Virus record (IMG/VR): IMGVR_UViG_3300023084_000003
Strand: one strand, 5' to 3'
Length of the DNA stretch: 64,000 nucleotides
From: a virus
The translations under genes and the position numbers were made by a program. Below are positions 26,890 through 37,106 of this stretch, in pieces (positions within the stretch are counted from its first letter, which is position 1; every line of letters begins with the position of its first letter). The notes beneath the pieces were generated by a model. That model made no database searches. It was not told the DNA's origin and saw only the letters and a list, made by a program, of their open reading frames with translations.

Positions 26890-28134
26890 TTACTTCCCCA
26901 CTTTTGCTGAGAGTTCCTTAATGGCTTCGATAAGTAGACCTACTAGATTACCATGTCGAACTGCATAAGTTTCTTCATTAGTATCAGGATTCACTGTTTT
27001 ATATACAATGCCAGGTACGACTTTCTCAATTTCTTGAGCCATAACACCAGTCATCTCTTCACCCGGTCTACTCTTATAGTTAAACGTGTATCCGCCAAGT
27101 TGCAAAACTTTATCTAAAGCATTTTCAATTGGATTAATATTTTCTTTCATCGCGATATCTGAGATGTTTGCAAAAGCTGTAATATCTCCGCTGGCCTGTA
27201 TTGTGCCCAGATTTGCGTCAGTGGCGTTGTTAACAACCAACGAACTAAATGTTACATTTGATCCTGTTCCTACTGCCTGACCAATATTAATTGGAACAAC
27301 ATCATTTACTGCAGCTCCAAATGTAACACCTGTTCCTGCTGAGAAAGAACCTTGTGCCCTTGCATTTGTAAAGTAAAGATTATCGGTACCTTCGTCTAAC
27401 GCGTCAGTGTCGTGGTTAATAAGTGAGCTTACTGTACCTTGAACGTTGCCGAAGAAAGTCGCTGGAATATTTGCAGCAGGTCCACCATTTTCAAGTACTT
27501 TACCTGACCCGTTTCCGCCTGTTGGAGATGGATGATATACGTCTCCAGTAAGATCACCAGTTACGTTACCAATTACGCTACCAGTAAAGGAACCAGAACC
27601 GCCTTGAGTTACGATATTATTTGCACTAAATGTTCCACGAACAGTAAGCGCATCTTCAATTACCACATCATCTCTTACGTATAGATCTACAACTTGAAGA
27701 GTGCCATTTGGTAGCAGTCTAAGTTTAGGATCTCCAGAACCTGTGTCTAATATAATAGCAGTGTTTACAGAATCTTCCATACCGAAAGTCCATGTGTCGG
27801 TATTATCTGTAAGTTCGATTCTAGGGCCACCTGCTGTATATTTCAGAACAAGTTGATTCTGATTTGTTGTAGCATTCATTGTAATAGGATTGTGGAATGT
27901 AACGTTATTAGCAGAGTTATAAGCTCTTACGTGATCTGAAAAAAGTTCATCATTTGCTTTTAAATCTGTTGCTTCAAAAGTTCCCACAAGAGTAGCGTTA
28001 CCCGTGGTGTCGTCACCGAGAGCAGATGCGGTTACTACTTCAGCTCTAAACAAATCTACCATTTCATTGGTTTTATCAAACCAGTTTTGAAATGTTTGTG
28101 TAGTTGTAATGTTTGTAATACTTGATTTTGCCAT
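26890..28134 (-). CDS. Tail fibre with C-terminal S74 intramolecular chaperone (414 aa)
   Basis: N-terminal TFQNWFDKTNE motif. C-terminal SDIAMKENI...GVMAQEIE...[14 protein letters not shown]. Confidence 0.8.
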   Translation of the reverse strand: MAKSSITNITTTQTFQNWFDKTNEMVDLFRAEVVTASALGDDTTGNATLVGTFEATDLKANDELFSDHVRAYNSANNVTFHNPITMNATTNQNQLVLKYTAGGPRIELTDNTDTWTFGMEDSVNTAIILDTGSGDPKLRLLPNGTLQVVDLYVRDDVVIEDALTVRGTFSANNIVTQGGSGSFTGSVIGNVTGDLTGDVYHPSPTGGNGSGKVLENGGPAANIPATFFGNVQGTVSSLINHDTDALDEGTDNLYFTNARAQGSFSAGTGVTFGAAVNDVVPINIGQAVGTGSNVTFSSLVVNNATDANLGTIQASGDITAFANISDIAMKENINPIENALDKVLQLGGYTFNYKSRPGEEMTGVMAQEIEKVVPGIVYKTVNPDTNEETYAVRHGNLVGLLIEAIKELSAKVGK

Positions 28135-28320
28135 TTATCTGTTCTCTAATTGATCTAAGCGCTCATTTACTCTAACGAGAGTTTCACGAACAACAACAAG
28201 TTCTTTTGTTAAGAGCTCAACTTTTCTATATAAAGCTCTTTCTTGTTTATATTTATTTAGCGCAGCTTTGTCTGTGTTTAAAACTGCGCCTGTTGATTGC
28301 TCTCGTTTTAGATGTATCAT
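28135..28320 (-). CDS. Small conserved coiled-coil protein (61 aa)
   Basis: ATGA overlap with VrlC-like gene. GAVLNTDKAALNKYK resembles the small gene that follows VrlC in T4-like phages. Confidence 0.6.
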   Translation of the reverse strand: MIHLKREQSTGAVLNTDKAALNKYKQERALYRKVELLTKELVVVRETLVRVNERLDQLENR

Positions 28321-31300
28321 GTTAACGCGATGCCTCTATAATCTTTTACCATAGGTACTTGATGGAGATCATCTGCAATAAGATCAATTCTAATTGCAAA
28401 CTTTCTATATCCGCTAAAGTCTCCTTCAGTGCTTGTATATTCAAGAACTCCATTAGCATCTTTGTTCGCGTCGGCTACTTTATACTTGTACTCTCGATAA
28501 TCTTTTTGATTAATCGCTGAACAATATACACCCACACCTTCTACCAATTCTAATTCAATCCAAGGTAGAGTATCAAAGTCTGCAGCGTCATATGTATTCT
28601 GCGGTCTGATATAAACTTTGATATCGGTGTTTGGTGGTCTGTAACCTGTAACAAAGATTTCCATATCTTCAGCATCAAGATCTTCTGCCAACTCAATTCG
28701 TTTTGAGATATATTTAGAAGTATCTGCTGCAGTAGAAGCTGTCATATACTGATAAGCAATGGCAGCTGATAAGTCCATATCAACCATAGGTGTTGATGTA
28801 GAGTTTGAGCTATTCGACATTTCTACTGTAATATCAAATGGTTTCGATCTTGATGGATCATTTGATTTACTAAAGAGTGTTACACCTTGAGTAAATGTGT
28901 TATTATCACCGAATCTCATTGGAAGCTGATAAGTCGTGCTTGTATTAGCAGGAGGAACAAAAGTACCTTTAAGCTGTGTTCTTGTAATGCTGTCATTTGC
29001 TTTCATAACAATTGGTTGTATATAACTCAAGTTAATATCATCAATTGTAGCAATCGTTGCTGTAACACCAGATGCTAGTCCTATAATACTTCCTGCTGCA
29101 AACCCACGACTTGTTCTTGCTGAGCTTCCTTTAAGATGAAGTTCTGCTCTGTCAAGTTTATCGTAGTAAGAAACTCTACCTACAACGATAGGCTCACCCG
29201 AAGCAACTGTAAAGTGAGCTGGTTTGTCTACAGTCATTTCAGTATTGCTGTTAACGCTTACGACTCTGAATATGTCTTTAGCCACGTTTCCAGAATCTTC
29301 CATTAGAACATAGTCATCGGCGGCATATGTATCACCGAGAACACCGGAATCCGCAGTTACAGTAGTACCACTAATAGTCATTCCACTTACTGTAGCGCCT
29401 TGCTTAGGCTTGATCTGATAGACATACTCGTCTTGTACAAACTTACCATCCCAATCTGACAATGTAAAGAATTCATGATCGTCATTTGTCATAGTAACAG
29501 AACCGACTGAAGCATTAAAGTCATGTCTGTGCAACTTAAACTTGATATCTTCGTCTTGGTAAGCACTCCAAGCTCTGTTGTTTGTAGATGTAAATAGAAC
29601 ACCATCACCCCAGTCTTGTACAACAGCCTGTCCATTTGTAGAACCAGATGTAAGATCAGCGCCACCAACTTTAGATGTAAAGTGCAGATAGTTTGGATCG
29701 TTGGCATCAGGCATTAGAACAACACAGTATTCTTTCTCGATGTCCATTCTTACTGGAGCTGGGAAAGTTACTGTTGTAACCAGATCTGAAGTATCAGAAA
29801 CATTTACTTCTGAGGCTAACAAATGTACTTTACCGAAAGGCAAGATTGTATTTGTTGGATAACCATTTTCCACTTCACGAAGCATAACAGTAATACCATT
29901 CGTTTCTGACTTTCTCTTAAAGTAAAGATCAATCTTTGAAACGAATACACTGTTAGATCCTTCACCCATACCTTTCTTGATAAAGAATGTCTGAGCAAGT
30001 GGATCCCCGTTGCCATTTCCTGGAGGATCAGCGGGTGGATCCGGGCGAGGTCTTCTTCTACGTGGCAGGTTGCGAGTTGTCGTTGTTTCATTATGGAAGA
30101 ACTCTGCAGTTCTTGTAGAGGCAGTCATAGACTGAGCATCTATAGAAATATTATATGAGTTATATGAGATAGTAGCTCTAGATGTTGAACCTGAAGCAAT
30201 ACTTGAGTACTGATCAACGTCAACAATGTAGAGTACTCTTTCACCTACAAAGAATGTTTCTTCAGGAATACTAAATACGGCTCTCAATACGCCGTTTTCG
30301 TCTGTAAGTACATCAGCACCTTTATTACCAAATGCTTGAATATCTCTTGTAGCATTTACTGCAGTACCTGGCGCAACGTCTTGATTAACGTCAATACCAT
30401 CAAAGAAGAAATAATGTTTAGTGTTTGGTCTCAAACCAGATACAAAAATATTTACATCTCTTGCTCTAATAAACGGCATGAATTGTACGTTAGAAACAAA
30501 GTCACCAACTCTTTGGTCGATAGTAGCGTTCTCTCGAGCTGCAATAGTAGAAACTGTACCTTCTTGAATTGGTGTTGGGAACCAGTCATTCGGGTTACCG
30601 ATCTGAGTACTTCCAATAACGTCACCCCACTGAGTATCAGTAAGAGGAATATATCTTTGTAATCCTTCAACAAAGCTTGTAAACGGTGTTGCTAGATCGA
30701 TATTCAAACGTGTTGGGTTTGTTACAGTATCATGAACCATATCATGTGATGGGAACAATTCTGCTGTACCGTTAAACGACCAGAAGTTACTTACGCAGTT
30801 TCTAAAGTTTGTTGCATAAGGCTGGTTAAGTAGCTCAACGTGCGCATTTCTTTCAAGCGTAGCAACATCAGCATCTGCTGTATTCGGGAAGATAGTGGCA
30901 TTCGTACTGGTTTTGTACTTTAGATCCATTGGCAAAGTTTTTACTGCAGGAGTAAGAATCTTTCTATTAAAATGAATCGCTGCTTTGTAGTCAGTATCTT
31001 CTAGGTTAGCAAGAGAACTGTCGTTCATTGGATCTACAAGATAACCATTCTTAAATCTTGTCAATCCATTTTCATCTAGAATTGTCATGTTCTCGACAGA
31101 AGATTCAAGCTGGCTCAAGCTGATATAGTACTCAAGTCCTTCAAGTCTTTTCTCAATCTTTTCGATATCTCTCATTCTATAACGAGGAGTACCTTTTGAT
31201 TTAGCACTTACAGCATACTCAAATTTTCTTTGGTTCGCGGCTTCATTAGGACTTAGAGCTGGATATCCAGGAATTGTAACCTGCGAAATTACCATCTCAT

Positions 31301-33722
31301 CAGCACCTACCTGAGGAGGAACTGGAGTAGCAGATTCTACGCCTTTTACAATCTTAATGCTACCAAATGAATCTACAATAATACTGTCAACACGAGCAAG
31401 ATATGTTTCAATGTCACCTGTTGCAACAGCATTCAAGCAAGGTTGTAGGTAATCCGTTCTTGAGAACTGAGGTGCTTGCTGACCAACAGTCTGAGTAATT
31501 GTTCCGGCAGATGCAGGAGTTGTATGACTATATTGAACAGCAGCATTTTTGTCTGCATGAGGTCTAAAGTCAATGCATTCGCGCATGTTGTAAATCTTTT
31601 TATTGCCAGATGAGTATGTTGGAATTTGCCATGAACGACATTTATCATTTGGCAAAACAGCAGTCTCGTCGTCGATAGGATAACTATCGATCGTAAAGAA
31701 GTATTTACCGCTGCCCGGATTCGGTTCGAAACATTTCATACGTACTGTAATCGTACCAGCATTTGGCTTTGGTCTGCCTGGAATATATTCCATATATGAG
31801 ATATCATAGAAAGTATCTTTCTGGTTGATTCTCAATCTAAAGCTTTCACTGTAATCTGTTCCAGTGTTGTCAGTTACTTCTAGAATCTCATATACATCTG
31901 GGAAGCCAAGGCTGTACGTATTTACTACAGCCGAATAAGTGTTCTTTACATAAACATTGCGCACAAGTTTACCGAACGGTCTTGGATTCGCAGTATATCT
32001 TGTATTTACATATAGAGTACCGGCAGGATCTGAGTTGTCTGCAGGATCAAGGTTAACTGTGATCTCATTTAAGTTGACAGATCTTGAAAAACTTAATATA
32101 TTAATCTTATCATTACCGGCATCGACAAACGTTAGGTCTGCCTGATCTGGTGAGAAGTCATCAGCTTGAATGTCGGAATCAGAAAGTGTAAATGAGTTTC
32201 CTGTAATACCAGCAACTGCTACAGATTCTCTCGTAGGAATAGTCATGTCAGTAATTGACTTAAGACTAAACTGCCCTGTGTCAAAAATAAACGGAGCATT
32301 TTTAACGTCTTGAAGTATTGAGTTGTTTGCAATAAAGATTGTGCCTGAATCGCCATTAATTCTATCCACATCTTTAAACGTGAAGTTTGAATTAGTCATC
32401 TTAATATTGCTTAGATATAGACGATTTTCTGTAATATTTCTTGCATATGCAGAACCAATAGGAGTACCAGCAGAGTTTTGCAATTGCATTGTATTCATAC
32501 CAAGATCTACTGTACCGCTTAGATCTGTAATGTTAACATATCCACCATAATTGATTGAGATGCTTTGATTCTCATGAACAACAGTATTTGCAATCTGATC
32601 AATAGTAAGCTCTTGGTCGCCTCTATGATCGATTCTAAATCCTTTTACGTAAGCAGAACCTTTTCCTATGATAGCTTTTAGATCATCGCCGCGTTTGTCT
32701 ACAACAACATCCATTCTATCTACGATGTAGTTACCTGACTCTTCATATGTTCTACGAGCCAGTTCATCTCCCAAAGCATTGAATTGAGAAACGTCACGAA
32801 TAGTAACAGCGTTACCGTTCTTATAGCGAACCAATGTAAAGAATGTTGCGTCTAGATCAGCAGATGAAGTTGTTTTAGTAACAAGCTTTGGAACAAGTTT
32901 AAGTCTATCTGCACCAGGAGCATTCTCGTTTGTAGATCCAGAAGCATTGTCATAAAGAGTGTTGTCTTGTTCTGGGCGAATAATACTTTCTTCAACTTCA
33001 AAACCAACTGAAACACCATCTGGATTATTGTCATATTTTGAAATAATCAGAGTTTGTTCGTCAGCAAAGAGGAAGTGACCTTTCTGGAAGATAACACCAG
33101 AAGCCGATTGCAAACCAAATGATTGTCCAACCGGAGTAGGCTTGTTCGTAACACTCAAACCAGTTACGTTTGTTAGAACTGTCGTGTCAACAAGAACAGA
33201 ACCATTATATCTTTTCTTTGTAATTGTTAAAACTTCACCGGCAATGAATGTTTTAATCGGAGTATTTGTAGTTGTATCTACAGCGTTGTTATATGAGATA
33301 AAGAACGTGTTTAGGTTAGGAGGTCTTGTTTCAAAGCCTCTTTCTGACCAAATAATGTTTGCTGTAAGGCCGTTAGTTTGGCCTTCAATTTCATACACAA
33401 CGTCTACTGTAGGATCACCAGCGAGGTCATCAGCCACCTCCTGGCTTGGTCTGTAAGTCTGGATATCAAAATTATCTGGGTTATTTACTTTTACGAACTT
33501 TAGATCGCTAAGTTCTGTAAAGTTACAACCTTTAATAATGCTACCTTCTTTGTAAACATTATCGCCAAACTGCTCCACCTGATTTTGAAGGATTGTTTGA
33601 AGTTGCGTCAACTCACGAGCCTGAACTGCGTAAGCAGGTTTAAACAAGATCTTATAAAATTGTTTTTCTAAATCAAAATCATCAAAATATGGTGATATAT
33701 TTAGATCTGTATTAATAGGCAT
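28317..33722 (-). CDS. VrlC-like / DUF4815 baseplate-associated structural protein (1801 aa)
   Basis: N-terminal NISPYFDDFD...FYKILFKP..AVQARELTQLQTILQNQ and internal PLAQTFF and RFKNGYLVD motifs. Confidence 0.85.
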   Translation of the reverse strand: MPINTDLNISPYFDDFDLEKQFYKILFKPAYAVQARELTQLQTILQNQVEQFGDNVYKEGSIIKGCNFTELSDLKFVKVNNPDNFDIQTYRPSQEVADDLAGDPTVDVVYEIEGQTNGLTANIIWSERGFETRPPNLNTFFISYNNAVDTTTNTPIKTFIAGEVLTITKKRYNGSVLVDTTVLTNVTGLSVTNKPTPVGQSFGLQSASGVIFQKGHFLFADEQTLIISKYDNNPDGVSVGFEVEESIIRPEQDNTLYDNASGSTNENAPGADRLKLVPKLVTKTTSSADLDATFFTLVRYKNGNAVTIRDVSQFNALGDELARRTYEESGNYIVDRMDVVVDKRGDDLKAIIGKGSAYVKGFRIDHRGDQELTIDQIANTVVHENQSISINYGGYVNITDLSGTVDLGMNTMQLQNSAGTPIGSAYARNITENRLYLSNIKMTNSNFTFKDVDRINGDSGTIFIANNSILQDVKNAPFIFDTGQFSLKSITDMTIPTRESVAVAGITGNSFTLSDSDIQADDFSPDQADLTFVDAGNDKINILSFSRSVNLNEITVNLDPADNSDPAGTLYVNTRYTANPRPFGKLVRNVYVKNTYSAVVNTYSLGFPDVYEILEVTDNTGTDYSESFRLRINQKDTFYDISYMEYIPGRPKPNAGTITVRMKCFEPNPGSGKYFFTIDSYPIDDETAVLPNDKCRSWQIPTYSSGNKKIYNMRECIDFRPHADKNAAVQYSHTTPASAGTITQTVGQQAPQFSRTDYLQPCLNAVATGDIETYLARVDSIIVDSFGSIKIVKGVESATPVPPQVGADEMVISQVTIPGYPALSPNEAANQRKFEYAVSAKSKGTPRYRMRDIEKIEKRLEGLEYYISLSQLESSVENMTILDENGLTRFKNGYLVDPMNDSSLANLEDTDYKAAIHFNRKILTPAVKTLPMDLKYKTSTNATIFPNTADADVATLERNAHVELLNQPYATNFRNCVSNFWSFNGTAELFPSHDMVHDTVTNPTRLNIDLATPFTSFVEGLQRYIPLTDTQWGDVIGSTQIGNPNDWFPTPIQEGTVSTIAARENATIDQRVGDFVSNVQFMPFIRARDVNIFVSGLRPNTKHYFFFDGIDVNQDVAPGTAVNATRDIQAFGNKGADVLTDENGVLRAVFSIPEETFFVGERVLYIVDVDQYSSIASGSTSRATISYNSYNISIDAQSMTASTRTAEFFHNETTTTRNLPRRRRPRPDPPADPPGNGNGDPLAQTFFIKKGMGEGSNSVFVSKIDLYFKRKSETNGITVMLREVENGYPTNTILPFGKVHLLASEVNVSDTSDLVTTVTFPAPVRMDIEKEYCVVLMPDANDPNYLHFTSKVGGADLTSGSTNGQAVVQDWGDGVLFTSTNNRAWSAYQDEDIKFKLHRHDFNASVGSVTMTNDDHEFFTLSDWDGKFVQDEYVYQIKPKQGATVSGMTISGTTVTADSGVLGDTYAADDYVLMEDSGNVAKDIFRVVSVNSNTEMTVDKPAHFTVASGEPIVVGRVSYYDKLDRAELHLKGSSARTSRGFAAGSIIGLASGVTATIATIDDINLSYIQPIVMKANDSITRTQLKGTFVPPANTSTTYQLPMRFGDNNTFTQGVTLFSKSNDPSRSKPFDITVEMSNSSNSTSTPMVDMDLSAAIAYQYMTASTAADTSKYISKRIELAEDLDAEDMEIFVTGYRPPNTDIKVYIRPQNTYDAADFDTLPWIELELVEGVGVYCSAINQKDYREYKYKVADANKDANGVLEYTSTEGDFSGYRKFAIRIDLIADDLHQVPMVKDYRGIALT

Positions 33723-33734
33723 CTACTGGTTTCC

Positions 33735-35408
33735 TTAAAATTCTAGAACTAGTTTGTATTCTTCTCTGGAGGCCGGTGTTCTTTCTAACGCGATAAAGTC
33801 TTCCATGAAATATACTAATCCTGATCTTTGAGTATATGAAGATTCTACGACATTGTTTGCCTCTGGTGTATTTATGGCTATTTTCTGTCCTGTTGGAATA
33901 ACAAATTTCTTAGTGTAATCTAAAGAAATATCGTTATTTACAGTGTTAATGTAAGGTCCCATGTATTCTGACAAGAAAATAGTGTTTGAATCTGCATCTA
34001 CTTCATGGACCTTTGCAGTAAATACAACTTCGTTATTCAAGTCTGTTTGAGTTATAATATCGTTTTGATTAACGAGTGCATAACCATCTGTTGTTACCGC
34101 GATTCTATTATCAAAAATTTCTGGTGTGCTGTTTGCTGGGAGTACATCGTTATTCGCGTCTCTAAACTCTGGATTTTTTACAACACCAATGTATGAGAAC
34201 GTGTTTGTTTGACCAATTTGATTGTTATCTGTCTCTGTAACATATGCATATAGCAAAATATGTCTGCAGTGCATCTCGTCAATCAAATCGAAACCGTGTC
34301 CTCCAATAGGAGAAAGAACTGGTCTAAGTAAACAACGAACGTCAGTAGATCCAGCGGCGCCAGGATCGAACTCATAAAGAGGATCTTTGATCTCTGCTTC
34401 AATTTGGTGATAACCACTACCAAAATCTAGAATAGTAACCGAAGAAATATTTCCTCCGACAACATTTGCTTTTGCAACTGCGCCAGATCCATCTCCTCTT
34501 ATTACAACCTGAGGCTGAATAGAGAATGATGAGTTTGATGCAAAGTTATTTCCACCTACTGCAGAAAGGAAATCGCCATCACTGATTGTAACTCTACCAA
34601 CAGCTTGACCGTCCGACGATTGAGAAATATATTGATAATCAGTAATAGTATACAAGCGTGATACACCGCCTGGATCTGTACAATATAAAGACATTCCCAC
34701 GTAGTAACCGTTTGTTTGACTTAGGTTAGCTGATCTTACTCTTACCTCACTGTTATTTGGAGGAGCAGACGCAAATATACCGGATACGAAAGGATAGCCA
34801 GCATTCTCAATCGGGTTTGTTACAAAGATATCACTGATAGAAGAACCCGTAACTTCTACCTGAGTATTTGCTAAAGGATCTGAATCTGTAACACCAATAA
34901 GCGGAATATAACCAGAAGCATTGTAAGCTTCAAAATCAGATTCAGAAATCACAAACATAAACTTCCAGACATATTTATCTGCAGTTCTATAGATTTGGTT
35001 TTCTGTTTGTGAGTTGTAGTTAGGTGGATTCAATGATGGAGAATCAAAATTATTAAACAAACACTTATAAACTCTATAGTCTCCAGTGTCATTATTGTTT
35101 GGACCAACTACAGCATAAAACTTTTTATCTTCTAGATCTACTGTATCGTCATATTGCACATATACTTGATCTTTTTGCCAAGCATGGTACTTAATCATAT
35201 AGCGAATATCGTTAGGGAAGATCTTTTTACCAAACAGTGTTTTTTCTAAAAATAAATTTTTATTTTGAATAGAGTTAACAGCGCTCAGGCGTGTATTTGT
35301 CTCGGTTGTTACCGCCGAAACAAAAACATATAAATTATTATCTCTGACTTCTTTATCAAATAGACGTAAATTGTCAGCTTTTAATCTTGTGGTTACTACT
35401 TCGCCCAT
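33735..35408 (-). CDS. gp8: Baseplate wedge subunit gp8-like (557 aa)
   Basis: W...VY..YDD...FY...YRVYKCLFNN...TADKYVWKFMF motif and position in the baseplate operon. Confidence 0.8.
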   Translation of the reverse strand: MGEVVTTRLKADNLRLFDKEVRDNNLYVFVSAVTTETNTRLSAVNSIQNKNLFLEKTLFGKKIFPNDIRYMIKYHAWQKDQVYVQYDDTVDLEDKKFYAVVGPNNNDTGDYRVYKCLFNNFDSPSLNPPNYNSQTENQIYRTADKYVWKFMFVISESDFEAYNASGYIPLIGVTDSDPLANTQVEVTGSSISDIFVTNPIENAGYPFVSGIFASAPPNNSEVRVRSANLSQTNGYYVGMSLYCTDPGGVSRLYTITDYQYISQSSDGQAVGRVTISDGDFLSAVGGNNFASNSSFSIQPQVVIRGDGSGAVAKANVVGGNISSVTILDFGSGYHQIEAEIKDPLYEFDPGAAGSTDVRCLLRPVLSPIGGHGFDLIDEMHCRHILLYAYVTETDNNQIGQTNTFSYIGVVKNPEFRDANNDVLPANSTPEIFDNRIAVTTDGYALVNQNDIITQTDLNNEVVFTAKVHEVDADSNTIFLSEYMGPYINTVNNDISLDYTKKFVIPTGQKIAINTPEANNVVESSYTQRSGLVYFMEDFIALERTPASREEYKLVLEF

Positions 35409-35429
35409 ATCAATCTCGCTGTTTTACAA

Positions 35430-35437
35430 TATTTATA
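35430..35437 (-). promoter_or_regulatory. T4-type late promoter TATAAATA
   Basis: Exact match 22 nt upstream of the gp8 ATG. Confidence 0.75.
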
Positions 35438-35444
35438 AACATTT

Positions 35445-37106
35445 CTAGCCTCTTCTTCTGATTCTAGGACGTGGATAGACTCTTCCTGAAGAAGTTCTAG
35501 GTCTAAAATTTTTCTGTGGGAAGCTGGTGCCTGATTCTGGTCTTTGATTAAACCAACGAGCAAAAAGATTTGCACCGCCTCTTAAACTTTGCCAATCTGT
35601 TGGGTCGTCAGTTCCAGAATCAAACATTTGATTCTCATTTGCATTATCTATAATCCATGCATGGGCTTCGGCTTGAGTCATATTGGGCCATGATTCTGCT
35701 AATATAGCAAGTATACCAGCAACCTGAGGTCCTGACATGCTTGTACCCTGATACTTGGCTAATCTATAACTAGAATTTCTTGGATCAGTTGTTCCGCCAC
35801 TATGCACTGAGCTTTGAATTGCTTCACCAGCACCGTAGACATCTACTTGATCTCCACAGTTACTAAACGTTGCTTTATCTTCATTATTATCGTTGCCTGT
35901 TGCTCCAACGACAATAACAGGAGCGTATCCAGCACCCGATCCTGTTCCTCTATTATAATAGAAGGCGTAAGTAAAGCCATAATAAGTTAAGTAGCAAAGA
36001 TTATTATAGTCCTGATCTGTTGGAGTACAAATTTTCCAATATTCATTGCCAGCAGATGCTACAATAATAATTCCATCATCTATCGCATCTTGAATGTCTG
36101 CTTGTCTTGATGTAAAATAGTTTGGAAACGCATATCCTGTTAATGAGCTATTACCAAAACCACGGGTGTTTAATTCTGACAACGTCATGTCTCTGCCAGG
36201 ATTAAAATCTGTACCACGGTAAATAGTTCTAGTTACATTACCAAAGTTGTTGTCTCCGGGAGTAATTGAAGATCCGTAACTATTATTTGTGATAGTAGGA
36301 TTTTTTCTTCCAGTTGCGGCATTAATAGGCTTAGCGTTGTGCCATGCTCTAATATAATCCCAATAAGTAGATGAGCTGTAACCATTAGTATTCCAGTTTG
36401 GATTAGTAGAATATGGACTAAGATTATAAACATTAGCATCTCTAGCCCAGCCTTGAGTGTTTCCTGCTACTGTTCCGGCACAGTGACATCCATGATTGTT
36501 ATCGTCTTCATCTATTGCATTTGTATAAGATCCAGAACGGTCATAAGTATAAGTTCCAGTACCAGATCCAATATCGTTTTGGAACCAGTTATACTGTATC
36601 ACTCTTGAACCGCCGGATCCATCTGGGTTTACTGCAAACTCTGGATGAGCAGGATCAATATGTCCATCTACAATTACAACGTCAACGTGTTTCCCTGAAG
36701 CCGTAATAGTTAAATCTGAAGTGACTGTTGTTGTTCCACCATCACCCCAGTTGGCTCTATTAGATGTTTCTGATTGACGAAGTAATCCCCAGTTAAGATG
36801 GCTTGCATTCGTAGACCAAGATTTACTGAACTGCCCGTTTGTAATAGTATAGGCTGGTCTTATCGTAATGTCAACCAATTCTGCTAACTCAACATCCCAA
36901 ACTCTATCATCAGCTTTTATAAGTTCAACTTCTGATCTAGTTAGCATGTAATGAGTGTTGCGAGAAATAGTTCTACGTTTAGAAACTTCTACTTCTCTAT
37001 CGGGAATGTACAGATTTCCGCCAGGAGTTTCCATATCATTATAGAAATCCTCTAGATCCTCTTTACGATGAAGAGTAACGATCCATTCTTGTTTTGGTTC
37101 TTCCAT
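35445..37106 (-). CDS. Subtilisin-like S8 serine protease (553 aa)
   Basis: Catalytic motifs VVIVDGHID (Asp), NNHGCHCAGTVAG (His), ASAGNE (oxyanion Asn) and GTSMSGPQVAG (Ser). N-terminal propeptide-like segment. Confidence 0.92.
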   Translation of the reverse strand: MEEPKQEWIVTLHRKEDLEDFYNDMETPGGNLYIPDREVEVSKRRTISRNTHYMLTRSEVELIKADDRVWDVELAELVDITIRPAYTITNGQFSKSWSTNASHLNWGLLRQSETSNRANWGDGGTTTVTSDLTITASGKHVDVVIVDGHIDPAHPEFAVNPDGSGGSRVIQYNWFQNDIGSGTGTYTYDRSGSYTNAIDEDDNNHGCHCAGTVAGNTQGWARDANVYNLSPYSTNPNWNTNGYSSSTYWDYIRAWHNAKPINAATGRKNPTITNNSYGSSITPGDNNFGNVTRTIYRGTDFNPGRDMTLSELNTRGFGNSSLTGYAFPNYFTSRQADIQDAIDDGIIIVASAGNEYWKICTPTDQDYNNLCYLTYYGFTYAFYYNRGTGSGAGYAPVIVVGATGNDNNEDKATFSNCGDQVDVYGAGEAIQSSVHSGGTTDPRNSSYRLAKYQGTSMSGPQVAGILAILAESWPNMTQAEAHAWIIDNANENQMFDSGTDDPTDWQSLRGGANLFARWFNQRPESGTSFPQKNFRPRTSSGRVYPRPRIRRRG

